This document shows, piece after piece, positions 50,601-59,975 of a stretch of DNA of 64,000 bases (its first letter is position 1; every line of letters starts with the position of its first letter). Made by a program: the position numbers and the translations under genes. Source of the stretch: Planctomycetota bacterium (GTDB taxonomy: Bacteria > Planctomycetota > GCA-002687715 > CAIWVZ01); the NCBI GenBank assembly GCA_044222185.1, contig JBGANV010000010.1:32001-96000 (forward strand), read 5' to 3'. The notes below the pieces were generated by a model. It was given only the letters and a program-made list of their open reading frames with translations, made no database searches and was not told where the DNA came from.

Positions 50601-51277
50601 GACTGGAGTACGCGGATCACGTAGCCGAGGCCGCGGACGGTCTGGATCAGCTTCTCCCATGGGTCACGGTCGACCTTCTTGCGGAGTCCGGCGATGCAGA
50701 CCTCGACGGCATTCGGGTCGCAGTTGGCATCGTTGGGCCACACCGACGCGATCAGGCGCTCCTTCGAGATGATCTGCCCGGCGTGGGTCATGAGGTATTC
50801 GAGCACCTGGTACTCACGCGCGGTGAGAGCCAGCTCCGTTCCCGCCCTCGTGACGCGGCGCGCGGCGGTGTCGATCGACAGGTCCCCGACGGTGACCACG
50901 CTCGAAAGTCCCGCTGACATCGTTCGCAGGAGGGCACGGATGCGCGCCAAGAGCTCATCGAAGGAGAACGGCTTCGTCAAGTAGTCGTTCGCCCCGGCGT
51001 CGAGACCGGCGACGATGTCTCGTTTCGTGTCCTTTGCGGTGAGGATCAGGACCGGCGTCCGGTTCTTCTCGCCGCGAATGCGCTTCAGGAGGTCCATCCC
51101 GGACAGACGCGGGAGCATCAGGTCCAGGATGATCATGTCGTAGGGACGCGCGCGAAGGTTCGAGTACCCCGTTTCGCCGTCATGTGCGACGTCGACGGTG
51201 AACTGCTCGTCGGTCAGGCCTCTGCGGAGGGCCTGCGCGAGCGCCACCTCGTCCTCGATCACAAGCAGTCGACTCAT
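50597..51277 (-). CDS. OmpR/PhoB-family response regulator
   Basis: LLVIEDE, IILDLMLP, LILTAK, DYLTKPF, LTAREYQVLEYL, IQTVRGLGY. Confidence 0.96.
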   Translation of the reverse strand: MSRLLVIEDEVALAQALRRGLTDEQFTVDVAHDGETGYSNLRARPYDMIILDLMLPRLSGMDLLKRIRGEKNRTPVLILTAKDTKRDIVAGLDAGANDYLTKPFSFDELLARIRALLRTMSAGLSSVVTVGDLSIDTAARRVTRAGTELALTAREYQVLEYLMTHAGQIISKERLIASVWPNDANCDPNAVEVCIAGLRKKVDRDPWEKLIQTVRGLGYVIRVLQS

Positions 51278-51630
51278 GGATGTCGTCTCCCAGGATTCAG
51301 ACTATGTGCTGGAACTGTGCAAACGCTGAGTAGGTCAGGGGATAGTCCGGCTCCGAACAAGCACGCCGCAGCTGTGCCTAATCCACACACGCGCGGTGAC
51401 TGTGAAGTACCGCTTCTTCAAACGCTTACGGCTTCTCAGTCATTTGCGCGAAACCGTCAAAAAACTGAGAACAGGTTCCTGACTCGAGGTGCTGCGTCGA
51501 GCGCGGCGGCATCCTATCGTGTTGCTGTTGCGTCTCAAATGCGTTGAGACTGGATGCATCGCGAGTTGGTCTCAGTTTCAAATGAGTCCACTGCGTGGCG
51601 CGTGATCGATATGCACGAAGCGACGAACGG

Positions 51631-53634
51631 TCAGCGCGTCGTCATTGCAGCGAACTGCGACCGGTGCAGCGCGAAGTACGTACCTCGCTGCGCAACCAAC
51701 TCGGCGTGTGTTCCCGACTCGATGACTCGCCCGTTGTCGATCACGAGGATGTTGTCCGCGCGCTCGATGGTCGAGAGACGGTGGGCGATGACGAGGGAGG
51801 TCCGACCGGTGAGGAGATTCCCGAGCGCCTCCTGCACCAGTTGCTCCGAGCGCGTGTCCAAGTTCGACGTGGCCTCGTCGAGGATCAGGAGCGAGGCGTT
51901 CTTCAGGATCGCGCGGGCGATGGTGATGCGCTGCAGTTGTCCACCGGAGAGGCTCGCGCCCCGATCGCCGACCAGCGTCTCGTATTGATCCGGCAACGTG
52001 AGGGCGAACTCGTGGACGTGCGCCGCCTTTGCGGCGGCGAGGACCTCTGCTTCCGAGGCCTCCGCGTTCCCGTAACGGATGTTCTGCGCGACCGTCGTGT
52101 TGAAGAGGAACGGCTGCTGCGACACCACGGCGATCTGCCGCAGGAGACTCTGCCGCGAGATGTTCGCGAGAGGGTTGCCGTCGATGGTGATCTGGCCGCT
52201 CGTCGGCTCGTAGAAGCGCATGAGGAGGTCCGCAATCGTCGACTTCCCCGCACCCGAGGGGCCGACGAGCGCGACCATCCCTCCGGCGGGAATCGTGAAC
52301 GAGATGTTGTCGAGGACGATCTGATCCGGCGTGTCCGGGTAGGCGAAGCTGACGTTCTCGAACTTGACGCTCCCCTTGATCTGCCCGAGGAGATGGGCGC
52401 CGGTGCGGTCGCCGACCTCACGCTCCGTGTCGATGACCTCGAACAGGCGCTTGGCGCCTGCCAGCGATTCGTTCCAGACGTGGAACGCCGTCGACAGGCG
52501 CTTCAGCGGACGGAACATCGTCGCGAGGGCCACGAGGAAGGCGACGAATTCTCCCGCCTCGACGTCCCACATGCCGTGGATGACGAGCCACCCGCCGCCG
52601 CCCAGTGACGCCCCGAGGACGACACCGTAGGTGATGTCGACGATGGCCTTCGCGCGGGCCTTCGCGCGCACGATCGCGAGGCTGCGTTCGCGGTAGGTGA
52701 CGTTGAGCGCGCGAAACTCGGCGCTCTCGCGCGCCTCCATCGCGAACGCCTTGACGATCCGGATGCCCGCGAGGGCCTGGGAGATCGACTCGGTCGTGTC
52801 GCTCATCGTCTCGAGCATCCGCTTGGTCCGCCGCTGGATCTGGCGCCCGATCTGGAGGATCGGGACCACGACGCCCGGCAGGAAGACGAACGCTGCGAGC
52901 GCGAGCTTCCAGTTCAGATAGAGGGTCGCTGCGACACCCGACACCACGATGAACGGCTGGAGAAGCACTTCCGACACGAAGATGTTCACGCAGAGGTGGA
53001 GCAACTGCGCGTCGTTCGAGAAACGTGACTGCAGGTCCCCCAGCTTGCGTCGCGTGAAGTAGGAGAGGGGGAGCCTCAGGACACGATCGAGCATCTCGCA
53101 GCGCAGGTCTGCGACGACGTGAGTGGCGAGCGCCTTGGCGATGTACTCCGTCGCGTAGGTCGCGATGGCCGCGAGGATCGACGTCACGAGGATCAGGACG
53201 ACGAATACAAGCAGGATGGCGACGTTCTTGTCGCTCGGCGTCGGGATCAGCGTGCCGAACTTCCGCAGGAGGTCGTTGCCGAAGCTGCCGCGCGGGCGCT
53301 CGTAGGCCTTCAGGGCCTCGGCCGGACTGCCCTGCACCCAAACGAGCCTGGTCGGGTCGTAGCGGAGGACGACCGGGCCGCTCTCGGTCATGAAGGCGTG
53401 CTGGCGGCCGCCTTTGCGGTCGATGTCGCCGTGACGGGCGGCGGGGGTCGCGAGGAGCACGTCCTCGACGAAGACCTTCGAGAGCCCGATAGGGACCGCC
53501 TCCGTGACGCCGGACAGCACCATGGAGATGATCGCGAGTACGACCGTCGTCCGGTGCCGCGTCATGTACTTGAGCAACCTGCGCGTGAGTGCCACGCGCT
53601 CGCCCTTCTCCAGACCGGCTTCGACTCGGGACAT
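51631..53634 (-). CDS. MsbA-like type IV ABC exporter (TMD-NBD half transporter)
   Basis: Six-TM domain with a long first periplasmic loop; VGPSGAGKST, LSGGQLQRITIARA, LDEATSNLD, IAHRLSTI. Confidence 0.92.
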   Translation of the reverse strand: MSRVEAGLEKGERVALTRRLLKYMTRHRTTVVLAIISMVLSGVTEAVPIGLSKVFVEDVLLATPAARHGDIDRKGGRQHAFMTESGPVVLRYDPTRLVWVQGSPAEALKAYERPRGSFGNDLLRKFGTLIPTPSDKNVAILLVFVVLILVTSILAAIATYATEYIAKALATHVVADLRCEMLDRVLRLPLSYFTRRKLGDLQSRFSNDAQLLHLCVNIFVSEVLLQPFIVVSGVAATLYLNWKLALAAFVFLPGVVVPILQIGRQIQRRTKRMLETMSDTTESISQALAGIRIVKAFAMEARESAEFRALNVTYRERSLAIVRAKARAKAIVDITYGVVLGASLGGGGWLVIHGMWDVEAGEFVAFLVALATMFRPLKRLSTAFHVWNESLAGAKRLFEVIDTEREVGDRTGAHLLGQIKGSVKFENVSFAYPDTPDQIVLDNISFTIPAGGMVALVGPSGAGKSTIADLLMRFYEPTSGQITIDGNPLANISRQSLLRQIAVVSQQPFLFNTTVAQNIRYGNAEASEAEVLAAAKAAHVHEFALTLPDQYETLVGDRGASLSGGQLQRITIARAILKNASLLILDEATSNLDTRSEQLVQEALGNLLTGRTSLVIAHRLSTIERADNILVIDNGRVIESGTHAELVAQRGTYFALHRSQFAAMTTR

Positions 53635-53644
53635 CGGCGGGATC

Positions 53645-54475
53645 CTATGCGGAATCAGGGGACGTCGCACTCGCCAGATCGACGCCGATGATTCGCGCGT
53701 GCTCCGCCCGGATGCGGACCACCTGCCCAGGGGCCGTCTCCAACGTCAGCCCGAGGACGGGATCGATCTCCCTAACGACTCCTGCCTTCAGATCGCAACC
53801 CTCTTCGATGACGACACGCCGGCCCAGGAGGACGTCGCGTTCCTTGAACTCCGACGCGAGCGCGGCGGGGTTGGATTCGACGGCGTCGAGCCGGGCGTCC
53901 AGCTCGTCGAGCAACGCGGCCGCAAGCCTCTCGCGCGACGGGGGACCCGTGAGAAAGTCCGACAGCGCGGCGGGAGCGACGATTCCGGCCTCGGCGGACG
54001 CCAACTCGAGAGAGCGTGCCGTCGTGATTCCGAACCCCGCGATCGCGAGGCCCGCGGCTGGATCCAGCACGTCGATCAGGATCCCGGCGACCTTCCGCTG
54101 GTCGACCCACACGTCGTTGGGCCATTTCATCCGCGGCGTGAGGCCGCAGGTCCGTGCGATGGCCGCGGCGGCCGCGAGCCCGCAAGCCACGCTGACGAGT
54201 GGCGAGGTGCCCGCGGGCGGTGGCCGGCGTAGGACGACGGAGGCGTAGATGCCGCAGCCTGGGGTCGACACCCACTTCGTTCCGCGTCGCCCACGGCCGC
54301 TGATCTGGCCTTCGGCGATCACCACGGTCCCATCATCCGCTCCGCGGCGGGCGAGCGATGCGGCGAGGTCATTCGTGGAATCGACGAGGCCGAGCAGGTG
54401 CAGCCCGGCGGTGAAACGCGTCGAGTTACAGGCCTCGACGATGCGGGACGCGCGGAGCGGCGTCGGAACGATCAC
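53645..54475 (-). CDS. birA: Biotin-protein ligase (no N-terminal HTH)
   Basis: VDSTND, AEGQISGRGRRG..W, MKWPNDV, RKVAGIL; GTG start overlapping the nadC stop. Confidence 0.92.
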   Translation of the reverse strand: MIVPTPLRASRIVEACNSTRFTAGLHLLGLVDSTNDLAASLARRGADDGTVVIAEGQISGRGRRGTKWVSTPGCGIYASVVLRRPPPAGTSPLVSVACGLAAAAAIARTCGLTPRMKWPNDVWVDQRKVAGILIDVLDPAAGLAIAGFGITTARSLELASAEAGIVAPAALSDFLTGPPSRERLAAALLDELDARLDAVESNPAALASEFKERDVLLGRRVVIEEGCDLKAGVVREIDPVLGLTLETAPGQVVRIRAEHARIIGVDLASATSPDSA

Positions 54476-55377
54476 GCGGCCGGATCCGGGTAGAGGTCCA
54501 GCGAGATGTCGAGGGCTCGGACGGAATGCGTGAGCGCGCCGACCGAGATCCGGTCGACGCCGGTGCGTGCGATGTCGCCGACGGTCGCGAGCGTGACTCC
54601 GCCCGAAACCTCGAGCAGAGACGGGCTCGATGCGGCGTTTCGCCTTCGCACCGCTTCGGCGTGTTGTGGCGTCGACATGTTGTCGAGGAGGATGATGTCC
54701 GGCGTCACGTCCAGGGCGGCGTCGAGTTGCTCGAGCGTCTCCACCTCGACCTCGATGATCGTGCCCGGAGGTGTGCCCGCTCGGGCTTTCGCCACGGCGC
54801 GCCGCACCGCGTCGGCGTTCCTCTCCTCGCCCGCGAAGATGAGGTGGTTCTCCTTGATGAGCACCTGGTCGTGCAGTCCGAGCCGGTGGGTGAGCCCGCC
54901 GCCCACGCAGACGGCGTACTTGTCGAGTGTTCGATGGCCGGGGCACGTCTTGCGCGTCTCCTGGATGCGTGCCTTCGCCCCTCCGACCGCATCGACGTAC
55001 CGAGCCGTTTCGGTCGCGATGCCGGACATCCGCTGGATGAAGTTCAGCGCCGTGCGCTCCAGTGCGAGGAGCTCGCATGCGGACCCACGGAGCGTGGCCA
55101 GGCGCGTGCGGGGCTCGACCCGGTCACCGTCGGCGACGAGAAGCGTGGAGCGGACGGACGGAAAGGCGGCGAGGAGGGGGCCATGCGCCAGCAGCAGGGG
55201 AAGTCCGGCGACCGTCCCCGACGCCTTCGCGACCAGGTGACCGACGCCGCGAGGCCCTGCGCCAACGACGCTCATCGTCGTGATGTCGCGGGCGACGCCA
55301 TCCTCCTCGAGCGCGAGCCGGATCAGTTGCGTCACTGGGGTCGACGTCAACCATCCTTCCGGGTCCAGTTTCTCCAT
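54472..55377 (-). CDS. nadC: Nicotinate-nucleotide pyrophosphorylase (QPRTase)
   Basis: ALEEDG..RDITT, ERTALNF.Q.MSGIAT, ETRKT.PG, HRLGL.D..LIKENH, EVEVE, LLDNM, ISVGALTHS. Confidence 0.96.
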   Translation of the reverse strand: MEKLDPEGWLTSTPVTQLIRLALEEDGVARDITTMSVVGAGPRGVGHLVAKASGTVAGLPLLLAHGPLLAAFPSVRSTLLVADGDRVEPRTRLATLRGSACELLALERTALNFIQRMSGIATETARYVDAVGGAKARIQETRKTCPGHRTLDKYAVCVGGGLTHRLGLHDQVLIKENHLIFAGEERNADAVRRAVAKARAGTPPGTIIEVEVETLEQLDAALDVTPDIILLDNMSTPQHAEAVRRRNAASSPSLLEVSGGVTLATVGDIARTGVDRISVGALTHSVRALDISLDLYPDPAA

Positions 55378-55736
55378 GGCGTCGTCAGATCTTTCTGCCA
55401 CTGATGCAGAAGGCGCGTCCCCACGCCCGGCACCAACAAGAGGTCGTCCGGGCACGTCATGCGGCCGGGGCGCCGCCGCATCTCGCAAATCCGCTGCGCC
55501 AGTCGGCTTCCCGAACCGTCGAGCGTGGCCAAGAAGTACCACGGCGAGGATGCGGGATCGACGGCAAGCGGCTCGATGCGCGCACCGAGGGCCGCGGGCC
55601 GTGAGACGTAGCCGAGCAGTACGAGTGCGGCGGCGGCGAACGAGGCGCCGATCGCAGTGGAGGTCGCGCTCCTTCGTCCTGGCGGAGAAATCGGCGTCAT
55701 TCTTGGGCTTTCTGCCGGGCGGTGTTCGAGGCTCAT
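55347..55736 (-). CDS. ComEA-like membrane-anchored helix-hairpin-helix protein
   Basis: TM segment, then LATLDGSGSRLAQRI...R...DDLLLVPGVG, a double HhH motif. Start uncertain (55736 or 55700). Confidence 0.72.
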   Translation of the reverse strand: MSLEHRPAESPRMTPISPPGRRSATSTAIGASFAAAALVLLGYVSRPAALGARIEPLAVDPASSPWYFLATLDGSGSRLAQRICEMRRRPGRMTCPDDLLLVPGVGTRLLHQWQKDLTTPWRNWTRKDG

Positions 55737-55955
55737 TCCTGTCTGTAGACGCTTCGAATGAATCCAACGTCCTGTCGGTCCGGCTAATACGGCGACGGCC
55801 CGGGATTCGATAAGGGTCCTGAGTCGTCTCATGCCAACAGGCGGCGTGAGTGGCTGGAGCGAGGTTCGACGCGAGCCGGACTCCTGCAGTTGAATCCGAG
55901 GCGGAGTGTGCGCGGCCGAGCGCCACATTCACCCAGTGACGAGGCGAGAGAGGCG

Positions 55956-56291
55956 ATGGCAACGATCACGAAGAAAGAGCTGGTGAACCGGATCTCCGAG
56001 CTCACCAAGCAGACCAAGATCATCACGAAAGACGTGATCCAGCTCTTCCTTGACGAAATCGTGAAGGAGCTGGGTCGCGGCAATCGGCTCGAGTTCCGTG
56101 AGTTCGGCGTCTTCGAGGTGAAGCAGCGCGCGGCGCGCAAGGCACAGAACCCGCGCACGCTGCAGAAAGTGAACGTCCCGCCGAAGCAGGTCGTGAAGTT
56201 CAAGGTCGGCCGGAGCATGAAGGAGGCGGTCGAGCGACTGCTCGCACAGAACGCCCAGCAGCCCAAGAACGGACAAGTCCCCGGCGTCTGA
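55956..56291 (+). CDS. HU/IHF-family DNA-binding protein
   Basis: TKKELVNRIS, RLEFREFGVFEVKQRAARKAQNPRT..KV.VP.K.VVKFK.G; GAGAGG RBS. Confidence 0.95.
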   Translation: MATITKKELVNRISELTKQTKIITKDVIQLFLDEIVKELGRGNRLEFREFGVFEVKQRAARKAQNPRTLQKVNVPPKQVVKFKVGRSMKEAVERLLAQNAQQPKNGQVPGV

Positions 56292-56421
56292 CACTCTGCG
56301 CCCCTGCCCGACGGGCGCGCCCCGCGAAGAGCGCGGTCGGACGGCGCGGGCACCGTGGCATGGCGGCGCATTTGTCGCGTGTTAGCCTCGCGCCCCGCCC
56401 AATCGGCGCGGGTGTTGCGCC

Positions 56422-58494
56422 ATGGACAGCCACGCTTTGGGCGTTCTCGAGTTCGATCGGATCCGCTCGGCTCTTCGCGGACACGCGACCTCGGACCTTG
56501 CGCGGCAGGTCATCGACGCACTGGAGCCTTCGGGCGACGCTGCCCGGCTGCGGCTCAGCCTCTCGCAGGTCGATCAGGCGCGGTCGTTCCTGGATGCGGG
56601 AGAACCGCTGCCCGTTCGCGGTCTGCGCGACGTGACGGGACTCGTGGCGCGCGCGCGGCACGCCAACCGTCCGCTCGAACCGACCGAACTCCTCGACGTC
56701 ACGTCTTTCATCCAGTGCGTCCGGGAGTTGCACGAGTGGCTCTTCGAACGGCGACTTCGGGCGCCGGGCCTTTGGATGCTCGCCGAGCGCATCCTCGATC
56801 ACACGCCGCTGAAGGGCGCGATCGATCACGCGATCGAACAGCCGGGAGCGGTGCGTGACGACGCGTCGCCGAGGCTCGGGCAGCTCCGCGCGTCGTGTCG
56901 CAAGATCGAGGAGAGGATCCGATCGATCATGGAGGAGATCGTGGATGCACCTCGCGTGCGCCCGCATCTCCAGGAGCGCGGGTTCTCCGTGCGCAACGGG
57001 CGGTTCGTCCTTCCCATCCGCCTCGAGATGAAGGGGCACGTGCCGGGAATCCTGCACGACAAGAGTGCGAGCGGTTCCACGGCGTTCATCGAGCCTCGCG
57101 AGGTGGTTCCCCTGTCGAACGAACTCGCGGAGGCGCGCCTGGACGAATCGCGCGAAGTCACGCGGATTCTCTACGAGCTCACGCGCCAGGTCATCGACGA
57201 CCTCCAACGGCTTCAGTACTCGCAGAACGTGGCGGCGTGGCTCGACTTCACCGCAGCGCGTGCGGCCTTCAGCCGCGAAGTCGACGGGTGCGCGCCGTCG
57301 ATCTCGGAGGACGGCGTGATCCGGCTTCGGCATGCGCGCCATCCGCTGCTCGTCCTTCGAGCGCGTGCCGGCGAGATCGATCGCCCGATCGAGCCGCTGT
57401 CGCTGGAGATCGGGCGTCGGTTCAGGATGCTGGTCGTCACCGGCCCGAACACGGGCGGCAAGACGGTCGTGTTGAAGACCGTCGGTCTCATCCAGGCCAT
57501 GTTCCAGTGCGGGCTTCACGTCCCCGTCGCCGAGGGCAGCGAGCTCCCGATCGTGGCCGACGTGTTCGCGGACATCGGCGACGAGCAGAGTCTCCAGCAG
57601 AGCCTCAGCACGTTCTCCGGGCACGTGCGCCAGATCGCCCGCGTGCTCGAGCGGGCGGGGCCGAACACCGTCGTGCTCCTCGACGAACTGGGGGCCGGGA
57701 CCGATCCGGTCGAGGGCGCCGCTCTCGGCCGTGCGATCCTCGAGCGGTTGCTGGTTGCCGGTGCGCGCACGATCGTCACGACTCACCTCGGCGTCCTGAA
57801 GGGCTTTGCGTTCTCGCACGCCGACGTGGAGAACGCGGCGATGGAGTTCGACCCGGAGACGTTCCAGCCCACCTACCGCCTGATCGTGGGGCGTCCGGGG
57901 AACAGCAACGCGCTCCTCATCGCCCGCAAATATGGGATCCCGGAGGACGTGGCGAAGTCCGCCGAGGTCGCCGTCCTGGGTCAGCGCGACTCCTCGCACG
58001 AGCTCATCGAGGGCCTCACGCGCTCCCGCGAAGCCGTGGAGAATGCGCGACGAAGCAGTGAGGATCTCGTCGCCGACGCGCGTCGCAAACTGGCCGAGGC
58101 CGAGAACCGGCTGCGAGAGGCACACGCCGAGAAGGGGCGGCTCGAGGTGGAGGCCGACGCTTCGTTGCGCCGTGTCTTCAACGAGTTCTCCGATGCCGCG
58201 CGGTCGCACCTGAACGCGCTCAAGAACGTGCCGCGGGCCCTGGTCCCGGAGGTCGAGGCCCTCGAGAAGCTCTTCCGCCAACGGGGCGAACTCCCCACGC
58301 TCGGCGACCGGCGTCGCGAGTTCCTCGCCGCCATCAAGAAGGACGACCAGGTGTTCGTGCCGAAATTCAACCAGATCTGTCGCGTGAAGAAGATGAACCG
58401 GAGCGAGGAGCGACTGACCGTCCAGTACGGCGCGCTCGTCGCCGAGATCTCCTTCGACGACGTGTCGTTCGTCACGCCCCCGACCCCTTCATGA
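56422..58494 (+). CDS. mutS2: MutS2-family ATPase lacking the C-terminal Smr domain
   Basis: LEFDRI, RNGRFVLP, HDKSASGSTAFIEP, TGPNTGGKT, DIGDEQSLQQSLSTFSGH, LDELGAGTDP.EG; ends after a KOW-like domain at 690 aa. Confidence 0.93.
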   Translation: MDSHALGVLEFDRIRSALRGHATSDLARQVIDALEPSGDAARLRLSLSQVDQARSFLDAGEPLPVRGLRDVTGLVARARHANRPLEPTELLDVTSFIQCVRELHEWLFERRLRAPGLWMLAERILDHTPLKGAIDHAIEQPGAVRDDASPRLGQLRASCRKIEERIRSIMEEIVDAPRVRPHLQERGFSVRNGRFVLPIRLEMKGHVPGILHDKSASGSTAFIEPREVVPLSNELAEARLDESREVTRILYELTRQVIDDLQRLQYSQNVAAWLDFTAARAAFSREVDGCAPSISEDGVIRLRHARHPLLVLRARAGEIDRPIEPLSLEIGRRFRMLVVTGPNTGGKTVVLKTVGLIQAMFQCGLHVPVAEGSELPIVADVFADIGDEQSLQQSLSTFSGHVRQIARVLERAGPNTVVLLDELGAGTDPVEGAALGRAILERLLVAGARTIVTTHLGVLKGFAFSHADVENAAMEFDPETFQPTYRLIVGRPGNSNALLIARKYGIPEDVAKSAEVAVLGQRDSSHELIEGLTRSREAVENARRSSEDLVADARRKLAEAENRLREAHAEKGRLEVEADASLRRVFNEFSDAARSHLNALKNVPRALVPEVEALEKLFRQRGELPTLGDRRREFLAAIKKDDQVFVPKFNQICRVKKMNRSEERLTVQYGALVAEISFDDVSFVTPPTPS

Positions 58495-59975
58495 GCGGCG
58501 CGACGATGGATCCGGTGGTGAAGAACGTGCCGACGCGCGTGGATCGAGCCGTAACGGCCGTCGTGTTTCTCGCATTCGTCGGCTGGGCCGGCGTCCTCGC
58601 TGCGCGCGCGCGCGGTGTCATGGAGGCCGACGAAGTCCTTCATTGGCTCTACGCGCGACACGCGCCGGCGAACCCCTGGAATTTCCTGCACGTGTGGGCG
58701 CGGCCCGTCTGCACGGCCCTGATCTGGCCAGTTTCGGGGCTTGGACTTGACGCCGCGCGGTGGATCTCGGTCCTCGCGGCGGGCCTCGCTGCGTTGGCGG
58801 CGTGGCGCGCGGCCTCGACCTGCGGGTTCCCCCACGCGCCGTGTGCGATCCCCCTGACGTTCGCGCAACCGCTCTTCTTCCAGCAGACGTTCGGCGTCTG
58901 GACGGAGGTCGTGTTCTCGGCGTTCGCGGGCGCGTGGGTGCTTGCCGCCGTGTGCAGGCGGCCGGTTCTGATGGCGCTGATCGCAGCCGCAACTCCGCTG
59001 GTGCGCCCCGAGGGCTTCTTCCTCGTCGTCCTGACCATGGGAATGGCTGCGGTCGGATGGGTGCGCGACCGAAACGGCCACGTCGCACGTCGATCGGTGC
59101 TCATCCTTGCGCCGAGCCTGATTGCCGCCTGGGCGATCGCCGGGTGGATCGGATCGGGCGATCCCCTGTGGCTCGTGCACGCCTGGCCACCGAACTGGGC
59201 GCCCGACCAGGCCTACGGGCGCGGCGACGTGAGCTGGCTGTGGCAGTCGCTGGTCCAGGTGCTTCCCGTGTTCTCGCTGCCCCTGTGCGCGATCGGCCTC
59301 GTCCTGTCGATCCGGCAGCGGACGTGGCCGGCTGGGGCGTTGCTGGTCGTCATCCTCGGCCTTCACACGACGCTGTGGGTGCTCGGGCGCTTCGGAACGG
59401 CCGGCTACGCGCGGTACTTCGTGACGCTGGCTCCGGCGTTCGCCTTGTTGGCGTGCGGCGGCCTGGATGTGCTGCTTCGCGTCTGGCGGTCGTCCTCGCG
59501 CGCGATCGTCACGACCGTGGTCGCTGTCGCCGCCGCCGTCGGGTTGCTCCGCCATCCGACTGCAGTGGACCCGCCCACCATGCCTCCGGATGGCCGACTC
59601 CTGGCTGCCGTGGGCCGGTGGATCGAGTCTCGCGAACCCGGCGCGCTGGTGTACTCGGCGCACCCGTTCACCTATCTCGAACTCCCACGCATCCCGTCCG
59701 ACCGCTTCGCCGATTTCGGAAACCTGAAGCGTCCCGTGCTGGAGTCCGTGCCGCCCGGTTCCTGGCTCGTCGTGGAGGACCGCTTCTACCGACCGATCGC
59801 AAACGGCCCCGAGATCGATGCCCCGACCATGAACCCGCCGGAGCGGGAGCTTCCCGGGTTGGGGTTCGTGCGGGTCGAGGTCCCGGACCTCGGGGTCGAC
59901 ATGCGAGTCACCGACCCGCGACAGGATCCGGCACTGGAGCACATGCACCTCGCGGTCTACCGTCGGGCCAAGTGA
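58491..59975 (+). CDS. GT-C fold (ArnT/PMT-like) polytopic glycosyltransferase 1
   Basis: EADEVLH acidic motif after TM1, WARP, WTE, RPEG, GY.RY; about 10 TMs. Confidence 0.75.
   Translation: MSGATMDPVVKNVPTRVDRAVTAVVFLAFVGWAGVLAARARGVMEADEVLHWLYARHAPANPWNFLHVWARPVCTALIWPVSGLGLDAARWISVLAAGLAALAAWRAASTCGFPHAPCAIPLTFAQPLFFQQTFGVWTEVVFSAFAGAWVLAAVCRRPVLMALIAAATPLVRPEGFFLVVLTMGMAAVGWVRDRNGHVARRSVLILAPSLIAAWAIAGWIGSGDPLWLVHAWPPNWAPDQAYGRGDVSWLWQSLVQVLPVFSLPLCAIGLVLSIRQRTWPAGALLVVILGLHTTLWVLGRFGTAGYARYFVTLAPAFALLACGGLDVLLRVWRSSSRAIVTTVVAVAAAVGLLRHPTAVDPPTMPPDGRLLAAVGRWIESREPGALVYSAHPFTYLELPRIPSDRFADFGNLKRPVLESVPPGSWLVVEDRFYRPIANGPEIDAPTMNPPERELPGLGFVRVEVPDLGVDMRVTDPRQDPALEHMHLAVYRRAK

Noticed and set aside
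58494-58800. Frameshifted Smr domain downstream of mutS2
   Set aside because: No LDLHG or HGKG-like motif in the ORF translations there; the next gene starts with an ATGA overlap.
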